Shown here: positions 20,823 to 31,254 of the stretch, piece after piece | How the letters are laid out: every line of letters begins with the position of its first letter | Numbering within the stretch: the stretch's first letter is position 1 | DNA from: an uncultured archaeon | GTDB taxonomy: Archaea; Thermoproteota; Bathyarchaeia; Bathyarchaeales; Bathycorpusculaceae | Direction: 5' to 3' | Assembly (NCBI GenBank): GCA_963782915.1 | Contig: CAWALK010000022.1 | Span: forward strand, 64,001 to 128,000 | DNA: 64,000 bases | Position numbers and translations under genes: made by a program | The notes under the pieces: generated by a model | Told to the model about the DNA's origin: nothing | Database searches by the model: none | What the model saw: the letters and a program-made list of their open reading frames with translations, nothing else

Positions 20823-20977
20823 GATAAACCCCAATGTTGTAATTATAGAGAGCGGATATAAGGTTTTATTCCATTTCTGACTAAGAAAACACAACTCAAC
20901 CCTCAATATTTTTAACAAGCCCAGAAAAACCATTAAAGATAACCCTAAAATATACAACAATACATTAGGCATCTGTA

Positions 20978-23209
20978 ATGGTTGACAAAAGAAACACCAC
21001 TCTCTGGTTATTGGTAATATTAGCAGTCGGATTCATCTACAGGTTTGCGCTCACAACATTCAATGTCTTTCCGCCGGGAGCCGACATCGGATTACATCAA
21101 AGTGTAATAGACTCAATCATGTCTCCAAAAACAACTTTCCTCTATAACTATTACCACATGGGTGGTGGATTATCCGCAACAAACCCAGGTTACCATATCT
21201 TTTCAGCATTCATCATAAGCATGACAGGCGCAACCGATTACCTTGTTCAAGCATCAGTTTCCTCATTATTCTCTGCACTGATAATAATGGCCGCATTCAT
21301 GGTTGTCAGGCTGGTTTGGGGACAGAAAGCCGCATTTGTAGTCGCAATCTTAGTCACCTTCTCAGCAAGCGACATCATAATGTTAAGCTGGGCAGGGTAC
21401 CCAAACATCGTGGCGTTAGCACTAATTCCTCTGATGTTCTACTTGTTTCTTCAACCAGCAAAGATTACTCAAAAAAATTATCTTGTAGTAACATCAATTA
21501 TTGCTAGCGCACTGTTTTTAACACACCTGTTTAGCGCAATAGTGTTTCTGGCAATCACTCTCTTTGCATTGCTTATCAGCAGTGTCTTTTCAAAATCAAC
21601 TGGTCTCACAAAAAGAAATGCTCTCTACTGGTTGATACCCATCTTCTTCGGTTTCATCATAACTTCACCCTATCTGCTCAGTGTAATCCCCATCTATTTT
21701 GGAACCGAAGGAGCAATCACAGGCGGGGTTGGAGTAATGAAGCAAGCCGTAGTTGAAACCAGAGTTATTTCAACTGTAACAATGAGTTTAGCGGTAGTCC
21801 CGATCGTAATGTTTCTGGTTTTTTCCAAGAGGCAAAACGGCAAAGTCTTCACGCTTCCCAGTGTGCTCTTTGCCTCAGCGATTCTTGTTCCGCTTGCAGC
21901 TGCGCAATGCTACTTGTTTGGTTTCTTTTTGGATTATGAACGTTTCCTGTACTTTTTGGCGTTGCCAGTTATTGTCTGTATTGGCCTAATCGTCGTTAAG
22001 GCATCGGAAATTTTGCCTATAGGTTTAGCCAAAATCAGAGTGAAGGTGTCACCTGTTAAGGCTAAACCCGTTTTGTTGTCTGTGCTGGTGATCGCATGTT
22101 TGCTGACACCCTTGTTTGTCCTGCCATATAATCCGGTAGCAACTTATGGTTTCGACCAAGCCAACTACTTTCAAGTAATGAATCCAACCAAATATCAAGC
22201 AATCCAATGGATAAAAGACAACACGCCAGCGGATTCAGTAATCGTCTCCGATGCAGAACTTGGCTGGTGGATATCAGGATTCGCACAAAGACCTACTCTT
22301 AGCTCCGTTGACCCGCAATATTTGATTTTGAAACGTGAGTTCCAACCGGCTCTTATAGCTGCGAATTTTCTGGAGGCAGATTACTCGGCGGATAATGGTA
22401 TTTTACAGATTCAGCAGCCTGGAGCATACGCCAACGGCAGCACCCATGACATTTATGCGGTGCTAAATAGTTCAATCATTAAACCGCTTGTTTTTGCCCT
22501 TAACGACACCCAGATTAGTTTACTCTATCGCGATGCTGGGGCGCCAAAAGAAACAAAGTTGGGAGCATTCACTGACTCCAGCACTCAAGTAGCTAATGAT
22601 AGCACCTCAACCTCATTTATTATAGCAAGAGAAAACGAACTTTTCAGAGTAACGGAAGAAATTACGATTTTTCAAGGCTTACGCTTTGCCAAAGTTACTT
22701 TTGTTTTTCAAAGCTTAGGAGAAGTAAATTTTGATTGGTTGCATATTCCTTTCAAATCTCGCGGAGAATTGATAGAATACGCCAACAGCATCGGAGTAGT
22801 GGATAACACTTTGCATATGGTTAACCAGATTGTTCTTCCGGAAAACAAGCTTGGAGGAGATGTTAACCTGCAACAGAACCCGGATAACTATGAATTAATC
22901 TGTAAACTTAATGGTAACTCTACTGCGGTTATGAGTTTCTTTGTTGGGTTATGCCCATTTGACGCTGATAGTTTTAGTCAAACTGAATCATACAACAGTT
23001 TAATTGAGGTAAACGCAAACACATACCTAAACGTCGTCTCTGACCAACCTGTAACATGCTTCGATTACAAGACGGCCTTGCGTGAATGGAACATTTCATA
23101 CATTGTCGTCCGTGACGCTTCAGCAATCGCCCGTTTCGCAGAGGACTCAACTTTTAAAGTGGTATTCCAAAATAATGAAGTTACGATTTTTGAGGTTGCT
23201 AGAATTTAG
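20978..23209 (+). CDS. Large polytopic membrane protein, GT-C fold glycosyltransferase-like
   Basis: PPGAD..H first loop, about 13 TM helices, AIQWIK.NTP.DS and ISYIVV C-terminal motifs. Confidence 0.7.
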   Translation: MVDKRNTTLWLLVILAVGFIYRFALTTFNVFPPGADIGLHQSVIDSIMSPKTTFLYNYYHMGGGLSATNPGYHIFSAFIISMTGATDYLVQASVSSLFSALIIMAAFMVVRLVWGQKAAFVVAILVTFSASDIIMLSWAGYPNIVALALIPLMFYLFLQPAKITQKNYLVVTSIIASALFLTHLFSAIVFLAITLFALLISSVFSKSTGLTKRNALYWLIPIFFGFIITSPYLLSVIPIYFGTEGAITGGVGVMKQAVVETRVISTVTMSLAVVPIVMFLVFSKRQNGKVFTLPSVLFASAILVPLAAAQCYLFGFFLDYERFLYFLALPVIVCIGLIVVKASEILPIGLAKIRVKVSPVKAKPVLLSVLVIACLLTPLFVLPYNPVATYGFDQANYFQVMNPTKYQAIQWIKDNTPADSVIVSDAELGWWISGFAQRPTLSSVDPQYLILKREFQPALIAANFLEADYSADNGILQIQQPGAYANGSTHDIYAVLNSSIIKPLVFALNDTQISLLYRDAGAPKETKLGAFTDSSTQVANDSTSTSFIIARENELFRVTEEITIFQGLRFAKVTFVFQSLGEVNFDWLHIPFKSRGELIEYANSIGVVDNTLHMVNQIVLPENKLGGDVNLQQNPDNYELICKLNGNSTAVMSFFVGLCPFDADSFSQTESYNSLIEVNANTYLNVVSDQPVTCFDYKTALREWNISYIVVRDASAIARFAEDSTFKVVFQNNEVTIFEVARI

Positions 23210-23251
23210 CATCCGCTGGAATCAGAAATGAAATAGCAAAATAAGTTGGTT

Positions 23252-23632
23252 TTAGCTGAAGCTCTCGAATTTTTCCTGCGTCAAGGTTTCAACAATGTCA
23301 GTGGCGATGTCAACGATTGAATCCGCCTGTTTCATCACGGCGTCACCGTTAACTTCTTCCAACTGTGAAATCTGCTGGACTAAAGTTTCGATTTCGATTA
23401 GAAAACGCAGGACAGAATCATTCGTCGGCTGGTTCTTGCTTACTTCTTCGCGGATGAGTATCTCGATGAATGCTGGTTCGCCAAGGCTGTAATAGATGGC
23501 GTTTCGGGCTTTTCGGATAGCCTCTAAAACTAAGCTTGGTGCCATGTAAGGGATTTTTCGTGCGGCTTCCAATTCAGCCTTTGCTTCACGAAGGTACCTT
23601 AGCGCCCAACCTTTACGATACTCATCCATCAT
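23252..23632 (-). CDS. HEPN-like helical protein
   Basis: N-terminal YLREAK.EL..A helix typical of HEPN; lies directly downstream of rps17e. Confidence 0.5.
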   Translation of the reverse strand: MMDEYRKGWALRYLREAKAELEAARKIPYMAPSLVLEAIRKARNAIYYSLGEPAFIEILIREEVSKNQPTNDSVLRFLIEIETLVQQISQLEEVNGDAVMKQADSIVDIATDIVETLTQEKFESFS

Positions 23633-23646
23633 GCAATAATACCAGT

Positions 23647-23883
23647 TTACTCGGCGATTTCGTCTTCTTCGTTTTCAGATTCCATTGCAGAACTGGCTTG
23701 AGCTAATGCGTTTGTTCGTGTAATGTATCCAGCTACTTTGTTTCTTACGCGGGTAGTGGTGCCTTTGGTTAATTCGTCCACTGTGCGTTTGTTTTCGTCA
23801 AAGTTAGTAGTGAATTTGCTTGGAAAGCGTGCCATTAGTTCTTTGCCAAGGTGTTTGATCTGCTCAGTCTTTACTTTTCCCAA
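23647..23883 (-). CDS. rps17e: 30S ribosomal protein S17e
   Basis: GKVKT..IK, F..NK, RNKVAGYIT; TTG start after GGAGG. Confidence 0.93.
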   Translation of the reverse strand: MGKVKTEQIKHLGKELMARFPSKFTTNFDENKRTVDELTKGTTTRVRNKVAGYITRTNALAQASSAMESENEEDEIAE

Positions 23884-24037
23884 ATTAGTTTCCTCCGATA
23901 TTGACAGTTCTCCGACGTTTAAAAGCGTAGGAGCAACTCTCAATAGAAGATGGGCGTAATTTAAGCTTGCGCCTCAAATAATCGTTTTTAGCAGCCGAGG
24001 GGTTGCGAGGAGAAGCACCGCAGGAAAACTAGATGGG

Positions 24038-24811
24038 TTAGTTTAGTTTTATATCAAAGAAGCTCTCAAAGTTCTTAGCTATTTGCTCGGCAACCTCTTC
24101 AACTGGCAATTTCTTGATTTCCGCAACTGCCCCCACGACGTTGCGTATGTATGAGGGCTTTGTTAATTGCCCATTGTAGGGTTGTTTCCAATAAGTAACT
24201 GGTCCATCAGTTTCCGTTAACAAGTTAGTGAGGGGCGCTTTTTCTACAACTTCACGTATGCCATTGGAATAGGTGACTGGTGGTCCTTCGGTTATGAAGT
24301 AGCCGTTGTCCATGGCTTTTGCGAGTGCAGTCATGGGGTAACTAAACCAATGGAGCAGCACACGTTTTAAGCGATAGGATGGGAGCATGTCGACGATTTT
24401 GTCGGTGGTTCCTCTTGAATGTATGATTACCGGAAGGTTAAGTTGCTCGGCTAAGTGAAGCATTTTGTCGAAGACAAGGGTTTGTTTTTCCCAGATGGTT
24501 TCGTATTTGTTGTCTAAACCGATTTCGCCGATGGCTTTGACATAGTCCTTGTTTGCCAGTATAAACTGTACTGTGTCCTCTAACTCGTTTTCTTTCAAGA
24601 TGTTAACGTTCCAGGGGTGGATGCCCATTGCCGCATAAACAAGATCAGGGTATGTTTGGGCTAGTTTAACATCGTTTTGGCAGGTTCGAAGATCCATAGA
24701 GTTTGTCATCAGCGCCTTTACGCCTGCAGTTTTTGCATCCGCTATTAACTCTTCAATATGTCCGGTGTATTCTGCATCGGAGAGGTGCACATGTGCGTCT
24801 ATTAGTTTCAT
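24038..24811 (-). CDS. tatD: TatD family nuclease
   Basis: IDAHVH, GIHP, IGEIGLD, IHSR, ETDGP. Confidence 0.93.
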   Translation of the reverse strand: MKLIDAHVHLSDAEYTGHIEELIADAKTAGVKALMTNSMDLRTCQNDVKLAQTYPDLVYAAMGIHPWNVNILKENELEDTVQFILANKDYVKAIGEIGLDNKYETIWEKQTLVFDKMLHLAEQLNLPVIIHSRGTTDKIVDMLPSYRLKRVLLHWFSYPMTALAKAMDNGYFITEGPPVTYSNGIREVVEKAPLTNLLTETDGPVTYWKQPYNGQLTKPSYIRNVVGAVAEIKKLPVEEVAEQIAKNFESFFDIKLN

Positions 24812-24962
24812 TATTCTCAGCGCTATACTGACGGGTTAAGTGTTTTTATAATTTTTCTTTCTTTAAATGACAAGTTCACGGTTGGCGTCGTTTTAACGCA
24901 AAAAACGATAACAAAGGTTAAATATAGCTTTAAAATGAAAAAGAAGCTACAGAGATGTCGAT

Positions 24963-25184
24963 ATGACTGAATTAGAAATAGCTGTAGCTCCCATGCACAG
25001 ATTATGTAAGAAAGCAGGCGCTGACAGAGTGAGCGAAGCAGCGGCAAAAGAACTTGCAAAAGCACTAGAAGAAATCGGCGTAAAAATCGCTAAAGAAGCA
25101 CTCGATTTCGCCATGCACGCTGGCAGAAAAACCATCAAAGCGGAAGATATTGAAATCGCCGCAAGAAAAATCATGGGAAAATAA
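24963..25184 (+). CDS. Archaeal histone (HMf family)
   Basis: [22 protein letters not shown]. Confidence 0.95.
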   Translation: MTELEIAVAPMHRLCKKAGADRVSEAAAKELAKALEEIGVKIAKEALDFAMHAGRKTIKAEDIEIAARKIMGK

Positions 25185-25280
25185 GTTAACTAATTGTACT
25201 TTTCTTTCCCTTTCTTCTTTTTGTTTTAATTAATCAGGCTAATCAGCGATTTTTTAGCTACAGTGAATGATTCTGTAAAC

Positions 25281-25394
25281 TGCTTGCGGTTATTGCACAA
25301 CCAGCGTACAACTCGACGCTTGATCAAAAGCAGCCACCTGCATACGCCAGTGGTTGTTGTTGTGAGGGGGTTGCAACAACACACTGTAGAAAAC
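25281..25394 (+). repeat. Intergenic element family I copy
   Basis: TGCTTGCGGTT..CACAACCAGC block plus TGGTTGTTG..GGGGGTT..CAACAAC..ACTGTAGAAAAC block, matching 32134-32263. Confidence 0.75.
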
Positions 25395-25499
25395 AAGCAC
25401 TCATTCAATTAAAGCTCCCAAATGCCCATACAACTAAAGGTCAAATATTAAAAAATAGAAAGAAATTTTGGTTGTAGATTTACACGATACTAGGCTATT

Positions 25500-25790
25500 T
25501 TAGCTTTTTTTAGTAAGGGTTATCTCCATCGTGGAAACCATTCTGGACTTGCTCTCGCCCTCACGAGGTGGCATCTCGGTGGTACCAATAGCGATTTTGG
25601 ATACTTTGAGGTCTTTTATGAAGCGGTTTCTTGTGATCTCTGCTACGTCAACTGCGGTGGTTATGGCTTGTCCTCTTGCTTTGAGGGTTATTTCTTTGAG
25701 GTTGTTTGCTGAGAGGCTTGTGATGATTGCCAGAACATAGCTCATTGGGGGTTTGTTTCCGACGAAGATTACGTCTGCGTTTTCAGTCAT
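25500..25790 (-). CDS. albA: DNA/RNA-binding protein Alba
   Basis: VGNKPPMSYV, LKARG.AI..AVDVAE, VS..EI.L. Confidence 0.95.
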   Translation of the reverse strand: MTENADVIFVGNKPPMSYVLAIITSLSANNLKEITLKARGQAITTAVDVAEITRNRFIKDLKVSKIAIGTTEMPPREGESKSRMVSTMEITLTKKS

Positions 25791-26001
25791 TTCATTTTAC
25801 TCCTTTTGTATGTCTTTGTGTAACGTTGCTGTTTTGCGCTCTGTTGCGCCTCAGAACGTCACTGCCAAATATTGGAGGTACTTCCTAATAAGTCCATTGA
25901 AAAAGCCCCTATCGACAAGCAGAGGTTGGGTGGTTGGGGTTAAGAAAGGCTTTTTTACAGCCGACCCATAATTGGCTACCACAAGTTGAGATGCGAGAGC
26001 T

Positions 26002-26634
26002 TTGCTTACCAAACTCAAACAGCAAATCCAGCAAATGCTAGCCGGCGAAGCAAAAATAGCCCATAAATTAGGTCTTACCCCGAATCGCATAAGCGTCATT
26101 GGGTTCATATTGGCATTGGCTTCTGCGGTTAGTTATGCAGTGGCGACTCCAGCGTCGCTTTGGCTTCTGCTTTTGGCAACTTTCTTTATGTTGGCGTCTG
26201 GATTCTGTGACACCATGGATGGCATCGTTGCCCGAACCTATAAGCAGACAACTGCTTTTGGGGGTTTTTTTGATTCGGTGCTGGATCGGTTTGCTGATGG
26301 AGCAGCCTATGCAGGGATCATAATCGCGGGTTTGTGCAGTGCAGCTTTTGGCAATTATTTAGGGACCGTAGTGGCTTTGGTTGCTTTGGTTGCGTCCATG
26401 CTGGTCAGTTATACTCGTGCCAGAGCGGAAGCAATTGGGGTAAAGATGGAGTCGGTTGGTATTGCTGAGCGGGCGGAGCGTATGCTGATTTTGGCTGCAG
26501 TTAGTATAATCGGGTCAATCGGAGTCGCTTATTTACCTGTACTCGGTTACGGAGTAGCACTGATAGCGATTCTATCAATAATAACCGTTGTCCAAAGAGT
26601 GCTGCATGTTTACAAACAGTTGAAGAAAGCTTAA
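26002..26634 (+). CDS. CDP-alcohol phosphatidyltransferase (archaetidylinositol phosphate synthase-like)
   Basis: TPN, D..DG..AR, G...D...D motif, SYTRARAE, ERAER. Confidence 0.9.
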   Translation: MLTKLKQQIQQMLAGEAKIAHKLGLTPNRISVIGFILALASAVSYAVATPASLWLLLLATFFMLASGFCDTMDGIVARTYKQTTAFGGFFDSVLDRFADGAAYAGIIIAGLCSAAFGNYLGTVVALVALVASMLVSYTRARAEAIGVKMESVGIAERAERMLILAAVSIIGSIGVAYLPVLGYGVALIAILSIITVVQRVLHVYKQLKKA

Positions 26635-26670
26635 GAATTAAAGAAAGAAAAACAGTAAAAACTGTTTAGT

Positions 26671-26961
26671 TTAGTATCTTCTTTTAGCTTTAGAGTGTCG
26701 TTCACTTTCTGCTCTAACGTGAACGATACCACGGTGAACTGCGCATGAAATACAGTAATATTTCGTGTCCACCCAAGAGGCTAAGAATGTACCGCTTTGT
26801 CTAAGTTCTTTTGCTAATTGTGGCTCGACGAAGGATACTCGACGTGTGGAACGTTTCGCTTTGTCACGTGGTACCGACGCACCGCAATTTGCACATTGAA
26901 CTAAGCTGCTGCTTCCTTTGCTTCCTTTTGCTCTTCCTCGGCTTTTTCGCTTAACGGGCAT
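26671..26961 (-). CDS. rps26e: 30S ribosomal protein S26e
   Basis: MPVKRKSRGR, C.NCG..VP.DKA, YCISCAVH. Confidence 0.95.
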   Translation of the reverse strand: MPVKRKSRGRAKGSKGSSSLVQCANCGASVPRDKAKRSTRRVSFVEPQLAKELRQSGTFLASWVDTKYYCISCAVHRGIVHVRAESERHSKAKRRY

Positions 26962-27011
26962 TATTTTGACCTTCTTTATTTCCTATTGTTCCAATTATTA
27001 AGTTAACTATC

Positions 27012-27920
27012 TTATATATCTGCTCTTAACTTTAACAGAGAAGCGACGTTCGCTCTCGGAGTTATCTGGGGAACAATTTTGCCCTCAGCTGATGTCATCA
27101 ACGTTGTTACTCCTGGTCCGTGTCCAGCTGCGAAGCAGTTTGTATGGACCACGACGCCTATGGAGATGGCGCCTTGTCGGTAGATTCTGCCAAACGTATG
27201 ATCTGCATCGATGATTCCGACGATGTCGCCGAGGCGTAGGTTTTGTAGCCCATACTGTTCGACGATGGTTTGGTCGAAAAGTTGAATATCGTAGTCGCCT
27301 GAGTTAACTTGGTTGCTCCCTAAACCTGAGCCCATGATGGCTGCTGGAATAATATGTGTGACTGGTACGAGGAGTTTTTCGCCGCTTGGCTGCGGATTCA
27401 GTGCCTCCAGTAGTGAGGGGTCTGTGTTGAATAGTTTAATGTCGGGGTAGTCGGGGAGTTTCAAGCCGACGCCGTAGGCTTTTATGAGGATTTTATCGCC
27501 GATGAGAAGCTTCTCAAGTACATCTGGCGAAAAATCGATTAGCACATGTTCGACTCCGCCATGTTTGCCTGTGACTATGCCTCTGTCGCCTTTTGCGTCG
27601 CCTGCAGCTACGATAGCTTGGTTCCCAACGCATGAGAGAACATTAAAGGCTGTGTTTGCTGCTTGCCCTGTTCGGGAGTCGTTTTCTTTGTTTTCTGTGC
27701 TGACGCATGGTTCAGCGTGGTCTGCTTCCCATCCGTATGCTGGGTCGCCGACTCGTAGGTTGTATGTGATGCCGCCGACGCCTGGTAGTACGAGGGGTTT
27801 GCCTGTTGCTGAGACTTTATAGACATCTCGCATGGTGGGGCTGATGATTTCGCCCATGACGGAGATTTTGATGAGTTTCTCAACGTTGGTTTTGATCACA
27901 AAATGTTCCTCAATCGACAA
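27012..27920 (-). CDS. DUF4438 family protein
   Basis: PGVGGITYN.RVGD, DH.EP.VS, GKHGG.EH, GSGLG, GHGPG. Confidence 0.75.
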   Translation of the reverse strand: MSIEEHFVIKTNVEKLIKISVMGEIISPTMRDVYKVSATGKPLVLPGVGGITYNLRVGDPAYGWEADHAEPCVSTENKENDSRTGQAANTAFNVLSCVGNQAIVAAGDAKGDRGIVTGKHGGVEHVLIDFSPDVLEKLLIGDKILIKAYGVGLKLPDYPDIKLFNTDPSLLEALNPQPSGEKLLVPVTHIIPAAIMGSGLGSNQVNSGDYDIQLFDQTIVEQYGLQNLRLGDIVGIIDADHTFGRIYRQGAISIGVVVHTNCFAAGHGPGVTTLMTSAEGKIVPQITPRANVASLLKLRADI

Positions 27921-28034
27921 GTTGTGTAAGTTGTGGGCGGCATATAAAACTTCACCGAGACATTTTGATGTTAAGCAACTCTTAAATTATGCGTTCCTTT
28001 AATTGTTCAATTAGAGAAGCTAAGCCTATCTAAA

Positions 28035-28631
28035 TTGTCGAAGGAACCTACCATGTCCGAAATTGGATTAAGAACAAAGATGATGGTTAGAGACGTAATG
28101 AGCAGCCCAGTCGTCACTATGGATGAAGATGAAACCGCAAATAGGGCTGCGGCTAACATGGATATGAAGGATTTAGGCGCCGTCATCGTACAGAATAAGG
28201 CTGGAAAATCAATCGGCATCATAACCGAACGTGACATAGTCAAACGGGTAGTCGCCAAGAACCTTAAACCAGACACGGTTAAAGCTAAAGAAATCATGAC
28301 TACCCCACTAGTTACGATTGAGCCAGAAGCAAACATTACAGATGCCGCCAGACGTATGACGCGTCTTGACATCAGAAGGCTTGGCGTAATCTACAAGGGC
28401 AACCTCGTCGGGATCATCTCAAGCAAGGACATCTTAGGAGTCATGCCTGAGTTAATGGAGATTATGCAGGAACGTTCACGCATTGAAGGCGATGCAAGAA
28501 CAGAGGAAACTGAGGAAGTTCCGCTTTCAGGCTACTGCGACCGATGCAACACATACTCAGAGAGCCTTAAAGAACGCAATGGTCAAAACATATGCGACGA
28601 ATGCCGCATCGAACTTGACACAGAAAAATAA
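28035..28631 (+). CDS. CBS-pair protein with C-terminal Zn ribbon
   Basis: Two CBS motifs (GIITERD, GIIS..D); CDRC...CDEC. Confidence 0.88.
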   Translation: MSKEPTMSEIGLRTKMMVRDVMSSPVVTMDEDETANRAAANMDMKDLGAVIVQNKAGKSIGIITERDIVKRVVAKNLKPDTVKAKEIMTTPLVTIEPEANITDAARRMTRLDIRRLGVIYKGNLVGIISSKDILGVMPELMEIMQERSRIEGDARTEETEEVPLSGYCDRCNTYSESLKERNGQNICDECRIELDTEK

Positions 28632-29040
28632 TCTCTTCTTCTTTTCCTTCAACAATTCAACGTAGACTATGTTTTCGTTTTCTGGTGTAGAATAATTTTC
28701 AGGGCTGTTTGCTTAGGATTTTAGGTAGACGACCCTAACTTTTTTTGGATTACAGTCACGCCGTACCTTAGCAGACTTTTTACCGCACCTATCCTTTTTC
28801 TCCGAACGATTGTCATGACTATGAATTAAACCGTAAAGTGATAGAACCACTTTGGCAAGAAAAGAAGACCCAGAGTAAACCACAGGGCGTAAAATGAAAA
28901 GAAACACCTTCAAAAACCAGTCAGTATGGGGTTTCTTTAAAATTCATCCCTTCGCTTCAATAAACAGGTCACCAATTTCAAAGGTTTGATGTATGAAACT
29001 TATTAACAAACTCTTCGCTACTTTATAGTCGTGAATTAGC

Positions 29041-30390
29041 GTGATTGTTGATTCTGTCCTCACCAACGCCAAAGCCTACCTCAAAGAGAGGGGACAAATT
29101 GTTGACTGCTCTATAGCCATCGAAGAAGGCAAAATACAGAAAATCGGCAGAGAATCCCAGATGCCACAGGCAGACGAAAAAACCGACTTGCATAACCTTT
29201 TGGTTTTGCCTGGTTTGATTGATGAGCACGTACATTTGCGGGATGAGGGCAGAACATACAAAGAAGATTTTACCTCTGGTACGTCTGCTGCTGCGGCTGG
29301 TGGTTTCACAACCGTCTTAGACATGCCCAACAATGACCCAGTCACCATGAGCGTAAAGCGCTTACAGAACCGTATGGAATTAGCTCAGCGGAGACTTCTT
29401 GTTAACGTTGGATTCTACTCAGAATTCCCCAATACCCTGCCTGAAATCAAGGACATAGCCAGTGCTGGCGCAGTCGCATTCAAACTGTTTATGGGTAACC
29501 AAACAGGCGGATTAAACGTAGACGACGATGCCGCCATTAAGGAAGCGTTCAAAGTCGTTGCCGACACCAAATTACCCTTAGCAGTCCACGCTGAGGATAG
29601 GGTAATGCTGGCAGCTAACGAGACCAAACTCAAACAAGCCCAAAAAAAAGCGCCAGCTGACTATCTTGCGAGCCCACACAGAAACCGTCGAAATCAAAGC
29701 CGTCCAGCGACTTCTCAAATTAGCGAGGGCACTGATGTTAGGTTGAATTTCTGCCATATCTCGACTTCTGAATCCTTAGCTGCTATATCCGAAGCTAAAA
29801 AGGGTGGGCGAAAGGTTACCTGCGAAGTTACCCCAAATCACCTAATGCTGACAAGCGAGGAAATTGCAAGCTTTGGCGGATTAGCAATTATGGCGCCTCC
29901 TCTTCGCGACCGATTGCAGGTTAATGCGTTGTGGAAGGGTTTGGATGATGGCTCCGTTGACACTTTAGGCTCAGACCATGCGCCCCATACGTTGGAGGAG
30001 AAGATGGCGAGCAGCGTCTGGGAAGTCAAAGCAGGAATTCCAGGTTTAGAGGTTACTTTGCCGCTTATGTTGACGATGGTGCGAAAGAATAAACTGACGC
30101 TAAACCAAGTTGTTGCTTTCCTATCTGAGAAGCCCGCTGAAATCTATGGCTTAACAGACCGCGGCTACCTCGAAGCAGGCAAAAACGCAGACCTAACCAT
30201 CGTTGACTATAGCCCATTCAAAATCGACGCAACCAAATTTAAAACAAAAGCCAAGTTTTCACCCTACAATGGCTGGGAAGTCTGGGGCAAACCCGCCAAA
30301 ACCATAGTCAACGGACAAGTCGTCTACGAAGACGGCGAAATCATCGCTAAAGGCGGCGTGGGCAGTATCGTGCGGGGAGGCACTGCTTGA
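29041..30390 (+). CDS. pyrC: Dihydroorotase (short compensating frameshift near 29670-29715)
   Basis: PGLID.HVH.R, AAAGG.TT..DMPN, HAED, CEVTP.HL, SDHAPH. Confidence 0.9.
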   Translation: MIVDSVLTNAKAYLKERGQIVDCSIAIEEGKIQKIGRESQMPQADEKTDLHNLLVLPGLIDEHVHLRDEGRTYKEDFTSGTSAAAAGGFTTVLDMPNNDPVTMSVKRLQNRMELAQRRLLVNVGFYSEFPNTLPEIKDIASAGAVAFKLFMGNQTGGLNVDDDAAIKEAFKVVADTKLPLAVHAEDRVMLAANETKLKQAQKKAPADYLASPHRNRRNQSRPATSQISEGTDVRLNFCHISTSESLAAISEAKKGGRKVTCEVTPNHLMLTSEEIASFGGLAIMAPPLRDRLQVNALWKGLDDGSVDTLGSDHAPHTLEEKMASSVWEVKAGIPGLEVTLPLMLTMVRKNKLTLNQVVAFLSEKPAEIYGLTDRGYLEAGKNADLTIVDYSPFKIDATKFKTKAKFSPYNGWEVWGKPAKTIVNGQVVYEDGEIIAKGGVGSIVRGGTA

Positions 30391-30884
30391 AGTTCCTGGC
30401 AGATGGGATGCTGGGGAAACTTGCTCGTTGGTTACGGATGCTTGGACAGGACGTCATATACAGCACGCAGCTGAGCGATAATGAGTTGTTGGGTTTGGCG
30501 AAAACTGAATGCCGTGTATTGTTGACTAAGGATTTTGAGCTTTACAAACGCGCCATCAGCCGAGGCTTAGACGCTTTCTATGTTGAGGGCAAAACTGAGT
30601 CAGAGCGGCTAGCGGAGGTTGCCAAACGCTATGGTGTCGAGTTGGTGGTGGATATGGATAAGTCGCATTGCCCCATCTGCAACACCAAACTACAAGCAGC
30701 CCCCAAACAACAACTCAAGGACGAGTTAGAGCCAAACACCTACACTTACTATGACAAGTTCTGGAAGTGCCCCAACTGCGGGCAGGTCTATTGGCAGGGA
30801 GCACACTGGAAACAGATAACAGACACATTAACAAAAGCACAACAAAAAAGTGCGACCGTTAATGAGAGCACCAGACAGTCTTGA
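30387..30884 (+). CDS. Mut7-C RNase domain protein
   Basis: FLADGMLGKLARWLR.LG.D, CP.CN, CP.CG.VYW.G.H. Confidence 0.9.
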   Translation: MKFLADGMLGKLARWLRMLGQDVIYSTQLSDNELLGLAKTECRVLLTKDFELYKRAISRGLDAFYVEGKTESERLAEVAKRYGVELVVDMDKSHCPICNTKLQAAPKQQLKDELEPNTYTYYDKFWKCPNCGQVYWQGAHWKQITDTLTKAQQKSATVNESTRQS

Positions 30885-31254
30885 GGCCCTCGATATTTCT
30901 GAAGTGTGCGTCATCTGTGAAGAGGGAGCAACCGTGGATTATGGCGGTTGCCGCAATAGCACTGTCAGCCATTGGCATAGGATGAGTGTTTCTTAATTCC
31001 GCGCTTTTTACTGCGATTTGGTAATTAACATCAATGATTTGAAAATCTCGTCTAATTGTATTGCTTCTCATTGCTGCAACTTCTTTACCATCCGTTCTCA
31101 GAACGAGGCGGTGTATTTCATGGATTGTTAAAGAGGAAACTAACTTTTCATTCGTTGACCTAAATTCTTCAATGAGCTTTTTTGCTAATTGTGGGTTAAG
31201 TGTGTAAAACGACTCGGCAAAGAAGCGAGTGTCATAGAAGCGTTTACTCGTCAT
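30859..31254 (-). CDS. vapC: VapC/PIN-domain toxin
   Basis: YDT, T..E, MAD..IAATA, TDD.HF. Confidence 0.88.
   Translation of the reverse strand: MTSKRFYDTRFFAESFYTLNPQLAKKLIEEFRSTNEKLVSSLTIHEIHRLVLRTDGKEVAAMRSNTIRRDFQIIDVNYQIAVKSAELRNTHPMPMADSAIAATAIIHGCSLFTDDAHFRNIEGLKTVWCSH

Noticed and set aside
28713-28913. 66-aa ORF between the CBS gene and pyrC
   Set aside because: No recognisable motif or RBS; may be spurious
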